Assembly (NCBI GenBank): GCA_965645245.1
Contig: OZ287086.1
Coordinates: forward strand, 682,001-746,000
Length of the DNA stretch: 64,000 nt
Direction: 5' to 3'
Source of the DNA: Massalongia carnosa
Taxonomy: Eukaryota
Part shown: piece after piece, positions 1 through 12,629 of the stretch
How the letters are laid out: the number at the start of each line of letters is the position of its first letter
Numbering within the stretch: position 1 is the first letter of the stretch
Notes under the pieces: model-generated
Seen by the model: the letters and a program-made list of their open reading frames with translations, nothing else
Database searches by the model: none
Told to the model about the DNA's origin: nothing
Translations under genes and position numbers: made by a program

Positions 1-3000
1 AGCCATCAGCGTTTTCATCACTGCTTCGTAATGGACCATCTTCGCCAAGCAGTCAACAATGATGAGGATGGAGTCATATCCTACTCCACGCCAGTCGCAA
101 CTGCGCGGGAGCCCTGTAACGAAGTCCATCGTAATGTCTTTCCACTTATGCGAGGGAATCGGCAGGGACTGGAGACTCCCATACGGCTTATGCCGCTGCG
201 ACTTCGACCTCATGCATACGTCACACGCATCCACGTACTTTTCAACGTCCACCTTGATAGTGTCCCAGTGGTATTTCCGAGTCAGCAACTCCTGGGTCTT
301 TTCTATGCCAAAATGCCCCGCCAAGGGGTCATCATGATGGCGCGCCATTAGCTCAGTTCGTAACGTCTCGGGGATATAAGGCTTGCCTTCATAATATAAG
401 ACATCCCCGGACTCCTTCCAGGGCTCGCCCGAAACACCAGAAAACGCATTAACTTCGGAGGTAGCTAGCCTCTTCCGTACAGCCTGGGCGCCCTTGTCTT
501 CCGCAAGCAACTCAGGAAGACGTGGAAGTGATGAACCGATTGCAGTGTAGGGACCCTCTTCAGCCACGACTGCCCTTATAACAGCCCATGACTTGACGAG
601 GTCCGGGACCACCGCAGTCCCACAGATAATCACCTCTAACATCATTTCCCTATACCCCTGTGAGTAGTCACGCTCGCGGGGCTTCTTAGGTTGGCTTAAT
701 GCCTTGCAGGCCCGAATGGTCACGGGCTCGTTCAACAGCAAAGAATCCTGCAAGCGGTGCAATATCTGCCTATTCTCAACTATTAACTCATCGTCATCCG
801 CCTCAGCCTGGGCGGGGCGAGATAAGGCGTCTACGGGGTTGTGAGAACCCTGACGATAGTAAATCCGAAAGTTATACCGGGAGAGCCCCTGCGCCCAACG
901 GATCTGGCGTCCGCCGAGTTGTTTGGTATCCATGAACCGTTTTAGGTTGTTGTGGTCGGTGAGAACTAGGACTTCATGAGTGCTGCCTTCGAGATAATGC
1001 CTCCAATGCCTAAAAGCCTCGACAATGGCCAGCAACTCCGCGTCATGCGTTTCATAATTACGCTCCGCGGGAATCATCTTCCTAGAAAAGTAGGCTACTG
1101 GATGCCAATGACTCTCAACGTCCTTTTGTGATAGTATCCCACCGATGGCATACCCAGATGCATTAGTCTCCACGCGTATATGTCGCTCCGCATCGAAATG
1201 CCTGAGGACTGGGGCCGTGACAAAGGCCCCCTTCAGTTGATCGAACGCTACTAACGCCTCAGCAGTCAGAAACGGGTCCGATTTCGGCATCTTAGGGCCC
1301 GTCGTCTTCAGCATCGCGGTCAAAGGCCTAGCGATCTTACTGAACCCCTTGATGAACCGGCGGTAAAAATTGGCAAAGCCTATAAAGACTTGAATATCGC
1401 GAACGCACTGGGGTCTAGGCCAGCTGCGCACGCTCTCTATCCTATCATTCTCCATCCGAATACCTTCAGGTGAAATAATATACCCAAGAAAGCGAACCTC
1501 TTTCTGACTGAAACGGCACTTCTGCAAATTGGCATACAGGCCGTGCTTTCGTAACTGTTCAAACACCCACTTAACCGCATCAGTGTGCGCTGAATCAGTC
1601 TCTTCAGTGTAAATGAGAATATCGTCTAAATAGACAATGCAAAAAAAATCAAGTTTTTCAGCGAGTACCTTGTTAATCAAAGCTTGAAACGTCGCTGGTG
1701 CATTGGAAAGCCCAAAGTGCATAACCTGATATTCGAAATGGCCATAGCGAGTTCGAAAGGCAGTCTTCCACTCGTCTCCCTTTGCTATTGACGCACCCTA
1801 TGGTACGCAGGATGAGATCAAGCTGGGTAAACTCCTTCGCTCGGCCGAGCCTATCTAGGGCCTCGCCTACTAACGGCAGGGGGTAACGGTTTTTAATCGT
1901 TATATTGTTGAGACCCTTGTAGTCGACGCATAGCCGCAATCCTCCGCTGGGCTTCCTAATTAAGAGGATAGGCGCCCCCGCAGGAGAAGTCGACGGTCTG
2001 ATGAACCCGTTATTGAGGTGGACTTCGATATAACCCCTTAGAGCTTCTAACTCCGTGGGACCGAGGCTATAGATAGGCCCATGAGGAGGCGACTTGCCCT
2101 CCTCTAGGACGATTCTGTGATCATCCGGGGTCAGCGACGGCAACTCGTCAGCTTTCTCCACAGAGAATACCCCTTCATAATCGGCATATTCCGCAGGGAG
2201 CTTGATCTCCTCTGTAGTCGAAATAGCCTGTAGGTTCACGCGCCTAGCGTCGTCCAACGCATCAAAAATGGCGGTTACTTGTACGACAAAGCAAGCGGAC
2301 TTATCATCCCGAGCATCCTCTGCGAAGATCTCCGGCTCAACTAACTCAATGCGCCTTTCGGTCGGCAAAGAAGTCGAGACAGAATAATCTCTCCAAGTGA
2401 GAGACCCTTCAGCGAAGTGGACGTCCGGGTTGCCGAGTTTCAGAAAAGGCATCCCCAACACAACATCATGAGAGACGTTCGCTATTAGAAAAGTCTCCTC
2501 GAACCAGCGAGTTCATTCGAGCTTGTCATCAACAGAGAATTTGGCTAACACCATGCCATGGGTAGTCAACCGAGAGCCAGCTATCGTAGCTGCACCCCAA
2601 TTGGTATGCAGGGTCTGAAGACCTAAAGATCGAACCAACTCTGGAGCGATAGCATTGACTTCGCTACCAGAATCGATCAAGGCTTTCAGAATAGAAAGAT
2701 CCTTCACCATCTGGATGTCGTACAACATACAGGGTTCTCTTTGCAAACGGGGCGCATGCTTGGCAATTGCCTCCCTAGGGTCAGTCACCGGTTCGGAAGT
2801 AACGCCGGCGACAGCTAGTTTTTTGGCTTGGGAGGATTGGTGCAGTGGGTAGAGATATACCCTTTTTCACCGCATCTATAGCAGGTGACTTCGGCAGGAG
2901 GCTCTGCGTTGGCGCCAGTGGCAGGCGTCTTGTTGGCAGAGGTGCCGGAATATTCGGTAGGCTTGTTGTTACCCTTGCCACGTCTGTGATTCTTACCCTG

Positions 3001-4685
3001 AGTCTTCGACGATCGAGTTTGCGAGGCATGCCTTGACTTATCGCGACGAGAGTCGCGATGTGAGGAGTTCTTGGTCGAGGTGTGCATATTAACGGATGCC
3101 TCGGCCTGCATTGCGAGAGCGACGAATTGCGAGTAGGTGCTCGCATTGTCAACCATGTTGTAAAGGGCTGACTTAATCTCAGGACGCAGAGCATCTCGAG
3201 CGCGGCGCATCATGTCAGACTCGGGGGGGAAATGAAGGTCATACTCCTGATGAACGGAGCACAATTGTTGAAGCTGTACGCTAAACGTGCGTACGTTGTC
3301 TCCAGGGCGCTGAACAAAACTAAAGAACTTTCCCCAGGTTTTGTCCGCGAAGGTCTTCTAGTTGCAAAGGTCATCCCGGAGGACCTTTGAGAGTTCGGCC
3401 CAGGGTGGGTCGTAATCAAGCGGCAATGTCTGGACGTATTCTGACCATACATGGCCAACAGTCTCTCCGCGAAGAAAGGAAGCAGTGAAAGAGACGGAGG
3501 AAGAATCATCGGGATGCGCCCGTGCAGTTTTTGAAGTACTCGTGACACTGACGAGCGAACTCATGCAGCTCCTTGTGACTACTTCCCTTGTATATGTTAG
3601 AAACCTTGGGCTTCAGTAAGGGACGAGAAGCGCCGTCATAACGGCGGTTTGAGTAGTCACGCGAAGGTGACCGGCGGCGATGGTAATGGCCGGGCGAGCG
3701 AGAGCGAGAGTCCCGGCGGGTATGATGACTATTCCGCCTGGATGACCTCTCAGGCGACTGGGTGCCCGAGGAGATCGTGGGGCCGATCGAGATCGGCGAG
3801 CAGACCGAGAGGGAGTCCGGCCATGGCCCTGTTTGATTTTGGTCCAGGGTAGACTGGATAGCAGCCCATTGTTCGGCAGTCAGAGTCACTGTGGTAGCTG
3901 ACGTGCCAGAGGAAGGACGGGCGGAGCCGTGTGGGCCGACAGGAAGTGGGCCACTAGGCAACGGAGCAACAGATGCATTGGCTGAATTTAGCTGAAGCAC
4001 CGGAGGTGCCGAGGAGAGAAGGATCCATTGAGGCCCTAATTGCAGCGGACTGGCTGCGGGTGGCCATGGAAGAATCGATGAGGAAGTTTGGCCTGAACGA
4101 CGAAAGGCCAAATGGTGCTGGATGGCGAAAGCGGTAAAAAGCAGCATCCTTATTGCGAACACCGGATCATGCTAATCCGGAGATATATAGAGCAATTAGA
4201 ATTGAAACGGGGAGACCGTCTCCCAGCAGGCATTCACTACTGGAAGAGGGGATCCACAGGGGCTACACAACGTGATGGTCACAATAGAGGTACAAATAGG
4301 TAGGGTCGGGTCAAAGGGTAGACTGAATGCTACCCTTTTGAAGTGCTTGATCATTGATCTATATAGAATAGGACAATCCACAACCTAAGCTCTTCTTCCG
4401 TACCTTGCCCATACTACCTGGTATTTTCGGTCTCCGAAATACTTCGGTCACCGAAAGACACGGGTAGATGAGACTAGGCAGGCGAGCTGGGGGAGGTGAG
4501 GCGAGGCGAGGGGATACTTCGTGTACTACGAAAACACCTCCATAATAAGTTAAGTCCCCACACTATGCCTAACTGGGTTAGGCGGGACCTTATTGTCTTG
4601 GTGTTGTTATGGCTGTACGTATCCCATATAGCCACATAGGCCAGTCTTACGTTCAACGAACGCATACTAGGCCTACCCTATTACA
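1..4685 (-). mobile_element. Ty3/Gypsy LTR retrotransposon, frameshifted, 3' end outside window
   Basis: Minus strand reads: 5' LTR; gag with knuckle CYRCGEKGYISTHC (2815-4162); protease ALIDSGSEVN (2513-2788); RT (LRLCVDYKGLN, NRYPLP, YLDD near 1620-1632); RNase H (ETNASGYAIGG); integrase (HDDPLAGHFG...CDVC, WKDITMDFVTGLP) at 1-350. PR-RT-RH-IN order is Gypsy. Confidence 0.95.
4203..4685 (-). repeat. 5' LTR of the Gypsy element (483 bp)
   Basis: TG...CA termini; nearly identical to the solo LTR at 44557-45043. Confidence 0.9.
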
Positions 4686-7032
4686 ATTTGCATGTTGTGT
4701 ATTCATGATTGCGTGTTTCATTATTTTGCGCACATATGCTACATTTCGCTTGACTTTTGCGTTGATAATACTTGTGTCCAAATTTTTAACAATTAATGCA
4801 TTGTGTTATTGGACGAACGGAGGTAAATATTTCCGTGTCACAATGTCGGCCCGGGATATTGACTCCTTTTAACGTGTTCAAGGCTATATTTCGATCGTTG
4901 AATTTCAAGACAACGGATGATTTGATATTGTTATGACAATCACGTGCTAGCCATCTGGGAACAGCGCATAATTGCATATTCGAATTGAACTTTTGAATTT
5001 CGTCTTGCAAATATTGCATTTTTTCATCAAACATTGCAATATTTACACCGTATGCGACGACTTTGAACCACGATTCGTCCTTTCGAACTACTCGTGGGTC
5101 AAAAATGAATTCTCCCAAGAAGATTTATTGTTCAATAAATTTTCAGCAGTGTTTTCAGGACTAGTAGTCATGACGATATTTGGACCCGTTTTGGACTTTT
5201 CGACCGTGTTAACAACAATAGTCAACTTCGCGTCTTTAAAAAGTGAATTGATTGGTTTCGAAGCAACAATGAATCGATATCGCCGATTTGAGCTTTCGGT
5301 GTGATTATTAACCGTCGAGATTTGATCGCCTTGAAATCGTAGTTATTATCGAATTTGTTCGTATTCGAATTGTTTTTATTGTTTTTGTTGGTTTTTTTGG
5401 ATCGAGGAACGGTAGTCCAATTTTCTGAATTGACAGTCGTTTTTCTGAGCATTTGGCTCCATGTTCTAGCTGTGTCACTGACCTGCGGCCCCGGGACCCA
5501 GGCGGTTCCACTCCGAATTGCTGGATTGACGTTTTTAGTCAAATTCGAATTTCCATTTGAATTTCCATTTGAACTTGTCTGTATAGGACGCACCGATTTT
5601 CTCTTTGTTCCTGGAATTTTGCTAGTTTGTTCTAGCACCCTATTCAATTTCCAATCAATTATTTTTAACGTTGCTTTAGGCTTGATCGATTTCTTTGCCA
5701 GTAGAGAATTAACGTAATCAATGACAATAGCCGTTTCGGGGTATTGATCTAGTACGAATGACTCCAATAATGCTTTTTTTGCCGTATTCAATAGTTGAAC
5801 CGATTTTGTTCGATTGATGACTTCTTGACTTTCAATCGAATGTTCCTCAAATGTTCGTCTTTTGTTGCGTTTAATTGGTAGACTCAGTCGAATATCAGAA
5901 TTCAATGATGGCATGGGAAGATTAGTACTGAATTCACCAGATGGCGCTACAAAAGATTTTGCTTTTAGGGTAGGTGTTGAATATCCAATTCCTACCAGCA
6001 CAATGAACACCTATCGGTACGATTAACATAGCACCTACGGCTGCCTTAGATTGACAGATCATCTATGGAAACCGTAGATGCCGCATTAGGCTTAGTCCCA
6101 AGATAAGATAAGATCACCTCGCTTAGAACATCAGCAATAAGCCAACCCCCAAAACATCGGTACCCTATATTTTGATATACTGAAACTTTCCCAATTTATT
6201 CTCCTCATTCTTCTCATTCATTTGAGCCTACCAGAAGCTTAAACCCATCAGAATTGGGTACAGGAGAGCTCTTCCACTGCTCCTGCAGAGTTTTCCTCGC
6301 GGTCTGTCCGCCCCTTCACCAAAAAGCGCGTCCAAAAAATCTACAAAACACCAAAACACCAACAACAACGTCAAAAATCGCTCGATTTTCGATATTTCTT
6401 CGGTTTAATTGTCGCATAGATCTCATCTATTATCACAAAAATTATCTACAAAATATCATCACTGTCGCGTAACTGTACAACCTGTTCTCGAGACAACAAA
6501 ACTTCTTGGTGTTCATTTGAAATTTAAGGTTACCGGTACCGTATACACTATTCCATTTTGGGTTTTTTCGATTTTCGTTGAACTGCCGACCAACAATCTG
6601 CTGAAACGAAGGGGAAAAACGTCTGAAATAGGGTTAAACCAAAGGCCCTGTTTCAGGCTAACCAGAATAGGAAGTCTCCTCTCTCTCATTGTACTTGATT
6701 TTTATTTCTGGATCAAAAACATTTTTTAAAAAAAAAAAAATTTTTCTGTTCGATCGTAAAATTCTTATTATATTCCATATATCGTAGTGTCAAGGTAAAG
6801 AGTTAAATAAGATCTATTGCCTAAGCGAGGAACGGTCTATTTTAACTCGACTAGGATTTATTTGACTTGTTATTGTCAAATAAATAGGGTTTGGAAAGCA
6901 AGAGTCTTTAGACCAGTAAATCGGTGTAAAAACTCTCTATTCTGACTATTACGTCCGGGGAACGTCAGAATAAATTATTTGGTGGCGATAAAGGGGATAT
7001 AGCAAAGGCAACATCGATTTATTTATAAATCC

Positions 7033-8616
7033 ATGTTTAACGCGGTAATGAACCGCCGGAATATACCAAGGACACCACCCCCAGCCGGTCCCGCCCCCCT
7101 ATCGACCCCTTACCCGGCCCCCCCCCGACACTCCCCCGGACCATCTCCGGTGGCGTTGATAGGGAGCTCTCCCCGTCTTGAACCTATGGATCAAACTCGC
7201 GAATATGCATCAACCCCGTCAACACCGACACCAAAGGCAACGAAATTCCCATCGGGTCCATTTTCCACTATCTTGCCGATGCCTTCATTGAACTTAAACA
7301 TTGGATCAAGCCCACCAATCAAACGAAATAAAAGACGCACATTTGACGAACATTCGAGAGATAGCCAAGAAGCGATCAATCGGGCAAATTCAATTGAGCT
7401 TCTAAAGTCGGCCAAAAAAGCATTATTGCAATCATTTGTACTGGACCAAAATCCACAAACGGCTATCGTAATTGACAACGTTAATTCGTTGATTTCGAAA
7501 AAATCAATCAATTTACAAACATCCTTAGATATGATTAACTATAAAATGGGCATAGTACTTGATCAAACTAGTCATCCTTCCTCAAAAACGTCACAACAAC
7601 AAACGACTCCACTACAGAATGGTCCAAAAATCCAAAAACCTGTTGTTAAATTGAACGAAAATTCAATTATCGAAAATCAGACCATTCGCAAAAGAGCTAC
7701 CGGGGTCTCTGGTAACAATGTTAGCACAACCGGTACATGGAGTCAAATGCTTGGAAAAGCAACCGAAAACTCCGAAAATTGGACTACTATTCAAAGGAAA
7801 AGTTCGAATCATAATTCGAACAAAGTCGATCTATTTGATGCAATCAAGGCCAGACGACTCGTGATTTCACCGAAAAATCCTGACGCTCAAATCGACTCTA
7901 TGAAGTTGCGTGATCAAATTAACGCGCTATTAAAAAACGCAAATTTAAACATCATCGTCAATACTGTTGAAAAGTCCAAAACCGGTCAGAATATCGTTCT
8001 CACCACTAGCCCTGACAACAATTCCGAAGAATTGTTGAAAAATAAATCATCATGGGAACACATTTTCGAATCACAAAGAATTCGAAAAGACGAATCCTGG
8101 TTTAAAGTCATAGCATACGGAGTAAATATCTCGTTATTCGATAATAACATGCAATATATGCAAACCGAAATCGAAAAATACAATTCGAATATGCAACTAT
8201 GCGATTTACCAAGATGGCTTGCTCGGGATCGTCAAAACAAAGTCACGTCGTCGGTAGTTTTGACTTTCAATAATTAAAATCAAGCGTCAAACGCGTTAAG
8301 AGGCGTGAATATCGCGGGTAGACATTGTGACACGGAAATATTTGCATCCGTTCGTCCAAACACGCAATGTATTAATTGTCAGAAATTTGGACATAAGCAT
8401 TATCAATGCAAAAGTCCGGCAAAATGCAATATATGCGCACAAAGTCATGAAACGCATAATCATGAATGCACAACATGCAAGTCTAAAATCGCATGCGCAC
8501 ATGCAATTCTGAAATGCGTCAATTGCAACAAAAATCATCAATCGAACGATATAGGTTGCGAAATGTTTATCTCGCTAAATCCTAGAAAATCGAATGATGA
8601 ATTAATGCTTGGTTAA
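7033..8616 (+). pseudogene. LINE ORF1 (gag-like, three Cys/His knuckles) with one in-frame stop at 8275-8277
   Basis: ORFs 7033-8277 and 8305-8616 are in the same frame; CINCQKFGH, CNICAQSH and CVNCNKNH knuckles. Confidence 0.88.
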
Positions 8617-11600
8617 TGGCGGGACAACATTCGTTGACAAATATCGAAAATACACAAAATGTCAAATTTATTCAACATAATTGTGCAAAGTCAACGAATG
8701 CAATGATTTCGTGTCTGGAATATGCAGTATTAAATCGTGTTGATATTGTTTTATTTCAGGAACCATGGACGCGAGATCAAAAAACAATTTCCCATCCGTC
8801 ATTCACATGTATTATGCCGAAAATAGCGACTTATCGGCCGAGAGTAGCTATATTCGTTACAAAATGCAATCCAAAATTACAATGCACGCCTAGAACGGAT
8901 CTTATAAACGATACTGATCTGCAAATTATCGAAATTACAATTGATGAAGTTCGAAAAGTGCAGATCTTTAACCTTTACAATGAAAAAAGTCTAAACGATC
9001 GAGAAACATATACAATCGATCGACTTTTAGTTAAATATCAACCTATATCAACTGATCAATTTGTCATATGTGGAGATTTCAATGCACATCATAGCTGGTG
9101 GAATTCGAAGATTCAAAATGCAATTCGATCAGAAAATCTAGTCAAATGGTTAAAATTAAACAAATGTAGTTTGATAAATACGCCTGATCTATATACATTT
9201 TTTGCTCATTCAGGAAACTCTTCATCTATTATTGATTTAACATTTGCAAATTCTAAAATCGAAAACGCAATTACAAATTGGTCAATCGATGAAAACGCAG
9301 TCACGGGTTCAGATCATGAAGTTATTCGATTTGAACTTATCGCGTCTTTCAAGAACTTGACGTCACACGCAACCGCATTATCGAATAAATACAACTGCAA
9401 TAAAGCCGATTGGGATAAATTCGCGAAGTTTCTAGACGAAAATGCAGTAAACTACGAGTCCCAAATACAAAGTCTATTGAACAATTATCAATTTGATGAA
9501 TCAGCGTTATATTTGCAAAACGTTATCAAAAACGCGGCTGAAATGTTTATTCCGAAGACAAAAATATGCGCAAAATCGAAAAATTGGTGGTCGCAAGATT
9601 TATCCGGACTTCGAAAAATCATGTGTAGACATCGTCGAGAATGGAAGAATAATCCGTCCTATTTTAGTCATCAAACATTTAGACATAGTCGAATCGAGTA
9701 CTTTCATGCAATTCGAAAAGCGAAACAGCAAACTTGGTTGGCTTTCCTCGAAAACGCAGCGAATAAAGACGTATTTACAGCTTATAAATACACTAAACCG
9801 CGCATGTTCGAAAAAATACCACCTATTCAATATGAAAATAAGTTAAATGTTCAATTCGATCACAAATGCGATGCGTTTGTGTCAGCAATGTACACAAAAA
9901 ACCCGTTCACGGATGATAATATTGAAGATTTAACGAATCAAGACAGCGAAAATGACAACAATTGGCCGAATTTAACCGAAAATGAATTGCAAAATGCGAT
10001 TAGTTTATTTAATCCAAAGAAATCATGTGGACCTGATGCAATCAATTTCACAATAATTCAAAAATCGTTTCAACCATTGAAAAACGTGTTTTTTACTATT
10101 TATTCTAAGTTAATACAAATCGGTTATCACCCGTTATGTTGGCGAACAGGACTCGGTGCTGTTTTAAAAAAACCTAATAAACCAGACTACTCGCTGCTAA
10201 AATCATATCGAATTATTACCTTACTGAATTGTCTTGGTAAAATTGCGGAGAAAATAGTTGCTAATCGACTAGCCTACCTCGGCGAAAATTCGAGCTTGTT
10301 AGATACCGAACAAATGGGCGGACGGAAAAATCATTCTGCAATCGATGCGGTAATGAACGTCGTTCATGATATCGAAATCGCAAACCGAAACAAAAACGTT
10401 TTATCATGTCTATTACTCGATGTCAAAGGAGCATTTGACTTTGTTTCGATTAATCAATTGCTAAATGTTATGAAAAAGCTACATTTATCTCGCATAGTTA
10501 TTCAATGGGTCAAGCATTTTATGACAAAACGATCGATCAATTTGATATTCGATGAACACAAAAGCAAAACGTACTATATCGAATCTGGAATTCCACAAGG
10601 TTCACCTATCTCGCCAATTCTATTTCTGATTTATATTCGTTACTTATTTCCGAAAATACGAATGAAATTCAATGCTCATTCACCTAGCTTTATAGACGAT
10701 GTTGCAATATATGTCGAAAATAAAACTGCCATACAGAATTGCAAAGAAATCGAAATTATCGTCAAAACAGCTTTTGATTGGGCCGCAACGAATAATGTCA
10801 AATTTGATGACGACAAATCTGAGTTGATTCACTTCGAAAAGTCAAGAAATGCATCAAAAGAAAAAGTGCAATTACCAAACGGGACAATACTAGAACCGAA
10901 AAATTCTGTCAAATGGTTAGGAGTCTGGTTAGACCGAAAACTAAATTACAAAAAACACGTCGAAACGCGAATTGCTTCTGCAAATCGATCGCTTTTCGCA
11001 ATTCAAAATTTGATGAAGTCTGAATGGGGACTAAAGCCAACTGCATGCAGACAGCTCTATCTGTCATGTATTATTCCTATTTCGGACTATGGCTCAGAAA
11101 TCTGGTATAAGGGTCAAAAGAAATATGAAAAGCTATTTCAGAATCTGCAAAATCGAATGATTCGAAAGATTTTAGGCACATTCAAAACCACGCCTGTTCA
11201 GGCGATGGAAATTGAATCGCATATTTTACCAGCCAAGCTACGATTGTTGATGAAAAATCAAAAATACGCAATTCGATTATTGAAGATTGCCGAAAATAAT
11301 CCTATTTGTCAAAGAATTCCCAGTATCTATTCTGTGAAATTCGAAAACATCGGTTTTGACACTATTTTATGGAACAACAGATATGCTGAATGGAACGAAG
11401 ACGAGAAAAAATCGAGTAAACCTCATCCTAGTCAGCTTATCCGTATTCTTCATTCCGTTTCGGATATAGTTCACAAAACTGATGAATTCGAATCAGTAAA
11501 TAATTTCATCAAACCATGGAAGCCGTCTTGTAAAATCAAGTTCCAAATCGAAAGATCCAAAGAAACAGCAAAGTCAAGTTATTATTCGACTTTATCAAAA

Positions 11601-12629
11601 ATCCAATCAATAAACGCCGATAAATCGCGAATGTTACTCTATACCGATAGATCAAAAACCGAGTTTTCAACTTCCGCTGTCACATTTGCACCAATTATGC
11701 GAAATTGGAACAATTTCACCGATAACTTCAATCGTTTTATCGAAAAAGATTGTCTCCTCAAACATCATACGATTTCGAAAAGCTGGAAATTAAACAAACA
11801 GTCAAGCGTTAAAAACGCTGAACTCTATGCGATACTACAAGTAATAAAATGGGCATACAAATTGACAATTGCGAATATTCTCTTCAATTTGGAAAAAACG
11901 ATTTGGATTTTTTCCGATAGCATAAACGCGATAAACGAAATTCAGAACTTGACAAATCATACTTACGCAAAACAAATTCGAAAATTCTCGAAATGCTTAT
12001 TCGGAAACAATTATCAGGTGGTTCTACAATGGATTCCTAGTCATTCGAAAATCGTCGAAAATGAAATTGCAGATAAAGCAGCAAAAGCGGGACATAGTCG
12101 AATCCTAGTCGAGTCTTCGATAATAACATTTGATTATGTAAAGGGTCAAATAAATCGAAATATGTTAGCCACATGGGAGAATCAATGGCAACAATGCAAG
12201 TCAAAAGGCAAATACTATGATAAATTCGAAATGCAGCCGGGCAAATCGAGTTTTTATTATCTGTCGAATAATTGTTCGAAATTAATATTTGCGACTATTA
12301 TGCAAATGAAATTCGGACACGGTTATTTTCGATCATATCTGCACCGATTGAAAGATTATAATTCGTCAAAATGCACAGGGCGCTGCAACGAACGTCAAAC
12401 GCCAGAACACTTATTGATGAATTGCATACATTATTCAAATGAAATCCTAAACATGAAACAAAATATCGATACCACAATTACTTTAAAAATGTTGTTTAAT
12501 ACTAGGATCGGAAATAATATTTTGATTAAATTTATTGTTGATAACAAAATCGCGACTAGAAAATGGATGCTAGGTCAGCTCGATGACGAAAATATCGAAA
12601 CGGGAGGTTGGGGAGAGATCGAACAGTAA
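8616..12629 (+). CDS. LINE ORF2: AP endonuclease, reverse transcriptase, RNase H, C-terminal Cys/His motif (1337 aa)
   Basis: APE motifs QEPW, GDFNAH, SDH; RT motifs GIPQGSPISP and FIDD; RNase H motifs YTD, AELYAI, SDS, WIPSH; CTGRC...EHLLMNC. Confidence 0.95.
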   Translation: MAGQHSLTNIENTQNVKFIQHNCAKSTNAMISCLEYAVLNRVDIVLFQEPWTRDQKTISHPSFTCIMPKIATYRPRVAIFVTKCNPKLQCTPRTDLINDTDLQIIEITIDEVRKVQIFNLYNEKSLNDRETYTIDRLLVKYQPISTDQFVICGDFNAHHSWWNSKIQNAIRSENLVKWLKLNKCSLINTPDLYTFFAHSGNSSSIIDLTFANSKIENAITNWSIDENAVTGSDHEVIRFELIASFKNLTSHATALSNKYNCNKADWDKFAKFLDENAVNYESQIQSLLNNYQFDESALYLQNVIKNAAEMFIPKTKICAKSKNWWSQDLSGLRKIMCRHRREWKNNPSYFSHQTFRHSRIEYFHAIRKAKQQTWLAFLENAANKDVFTAYKYTKPRMFEKIPPIQYENKLNVQFDHKCDAFVSAMYTKNPFTDDNIEDLTNQDSENDNNWPNLTENELQNAISLFNPKKSCGPDAINFTIIQKSFQPLKNVFFTIYSKLIQIGYHPLCWRTGLGAVLKKPNKPDYSLLKSYRIITLLNCLGKIAEKIVANRLAYLGENSSLLDTEQMGGRKNHSAIDAVMNVVHDIEIANRNKNVLSCLLLDVKGAFDFVSINQLLNVMKKLHLSRIVIQWVKHFMTKRSINLIFDEHKSKTYYIESGIPQGSPISPILFLIYIRYLFPKIRMKFNAHSPSFIDDVAIYVENKTAIQNCKEIEIIVKTAFDWAATNNVKFDDDKSELIHFEKSRNASKEKVQLPNGTILEPKNSVKWLGVWLDRKLNYKKHVETRIASANRSLFAIQNLMKSEWGLKPTACRQLYLSCIIPISDYGSEIWYKGQKKYEKLFQNLQNRMIRKILGTFKTTPVQAMEIESHILPAKLRLLMKNQKYAIRLLKIAENNPICQRIPSIYSVKFENIGFDTILWNNRYAEWNEDEKKSSKPHPSQLIRILHSVSDIVHKTDEFESVNNFIKPWKPSCKIKFQIERSKETAKSSYYSTLSKIQSINADKSRMLLYTDRSKTEFSTSAVTFAPIMRNWNNFTDNFNRFIEKDCLLKHHTISKSWKLNKQSSVKNAELYAILQVIKWAYKLTIANILFNLEKTIWIFSDSINAINEIQNLTNHTYAKQIRKFSKCLFGNNYQVVLQWIPSHSKIVENEIADKAAKAGHSRILVESSIITFDYVKGQINRNMLATWENQWQQCKSKGKYYDKFEMQPGKSSFYYLSNNCSKLIFATIMQMKFGHGYFRSYLHRLKDYNSSKCTGRCNERQTPEHLLMNCIHYSNEILNMKQNIDTTITLKMLFNTRIGNNILIKFIVDNKIATRKWMLGQLDDENIETGGWGEIEQ

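Noticed and set aside
4180..4202. Primer-binding site of the Gypsy element
   Set aside because: No TGG-type tRNA PBS, and I could not demonstrate self-priming complementarity.
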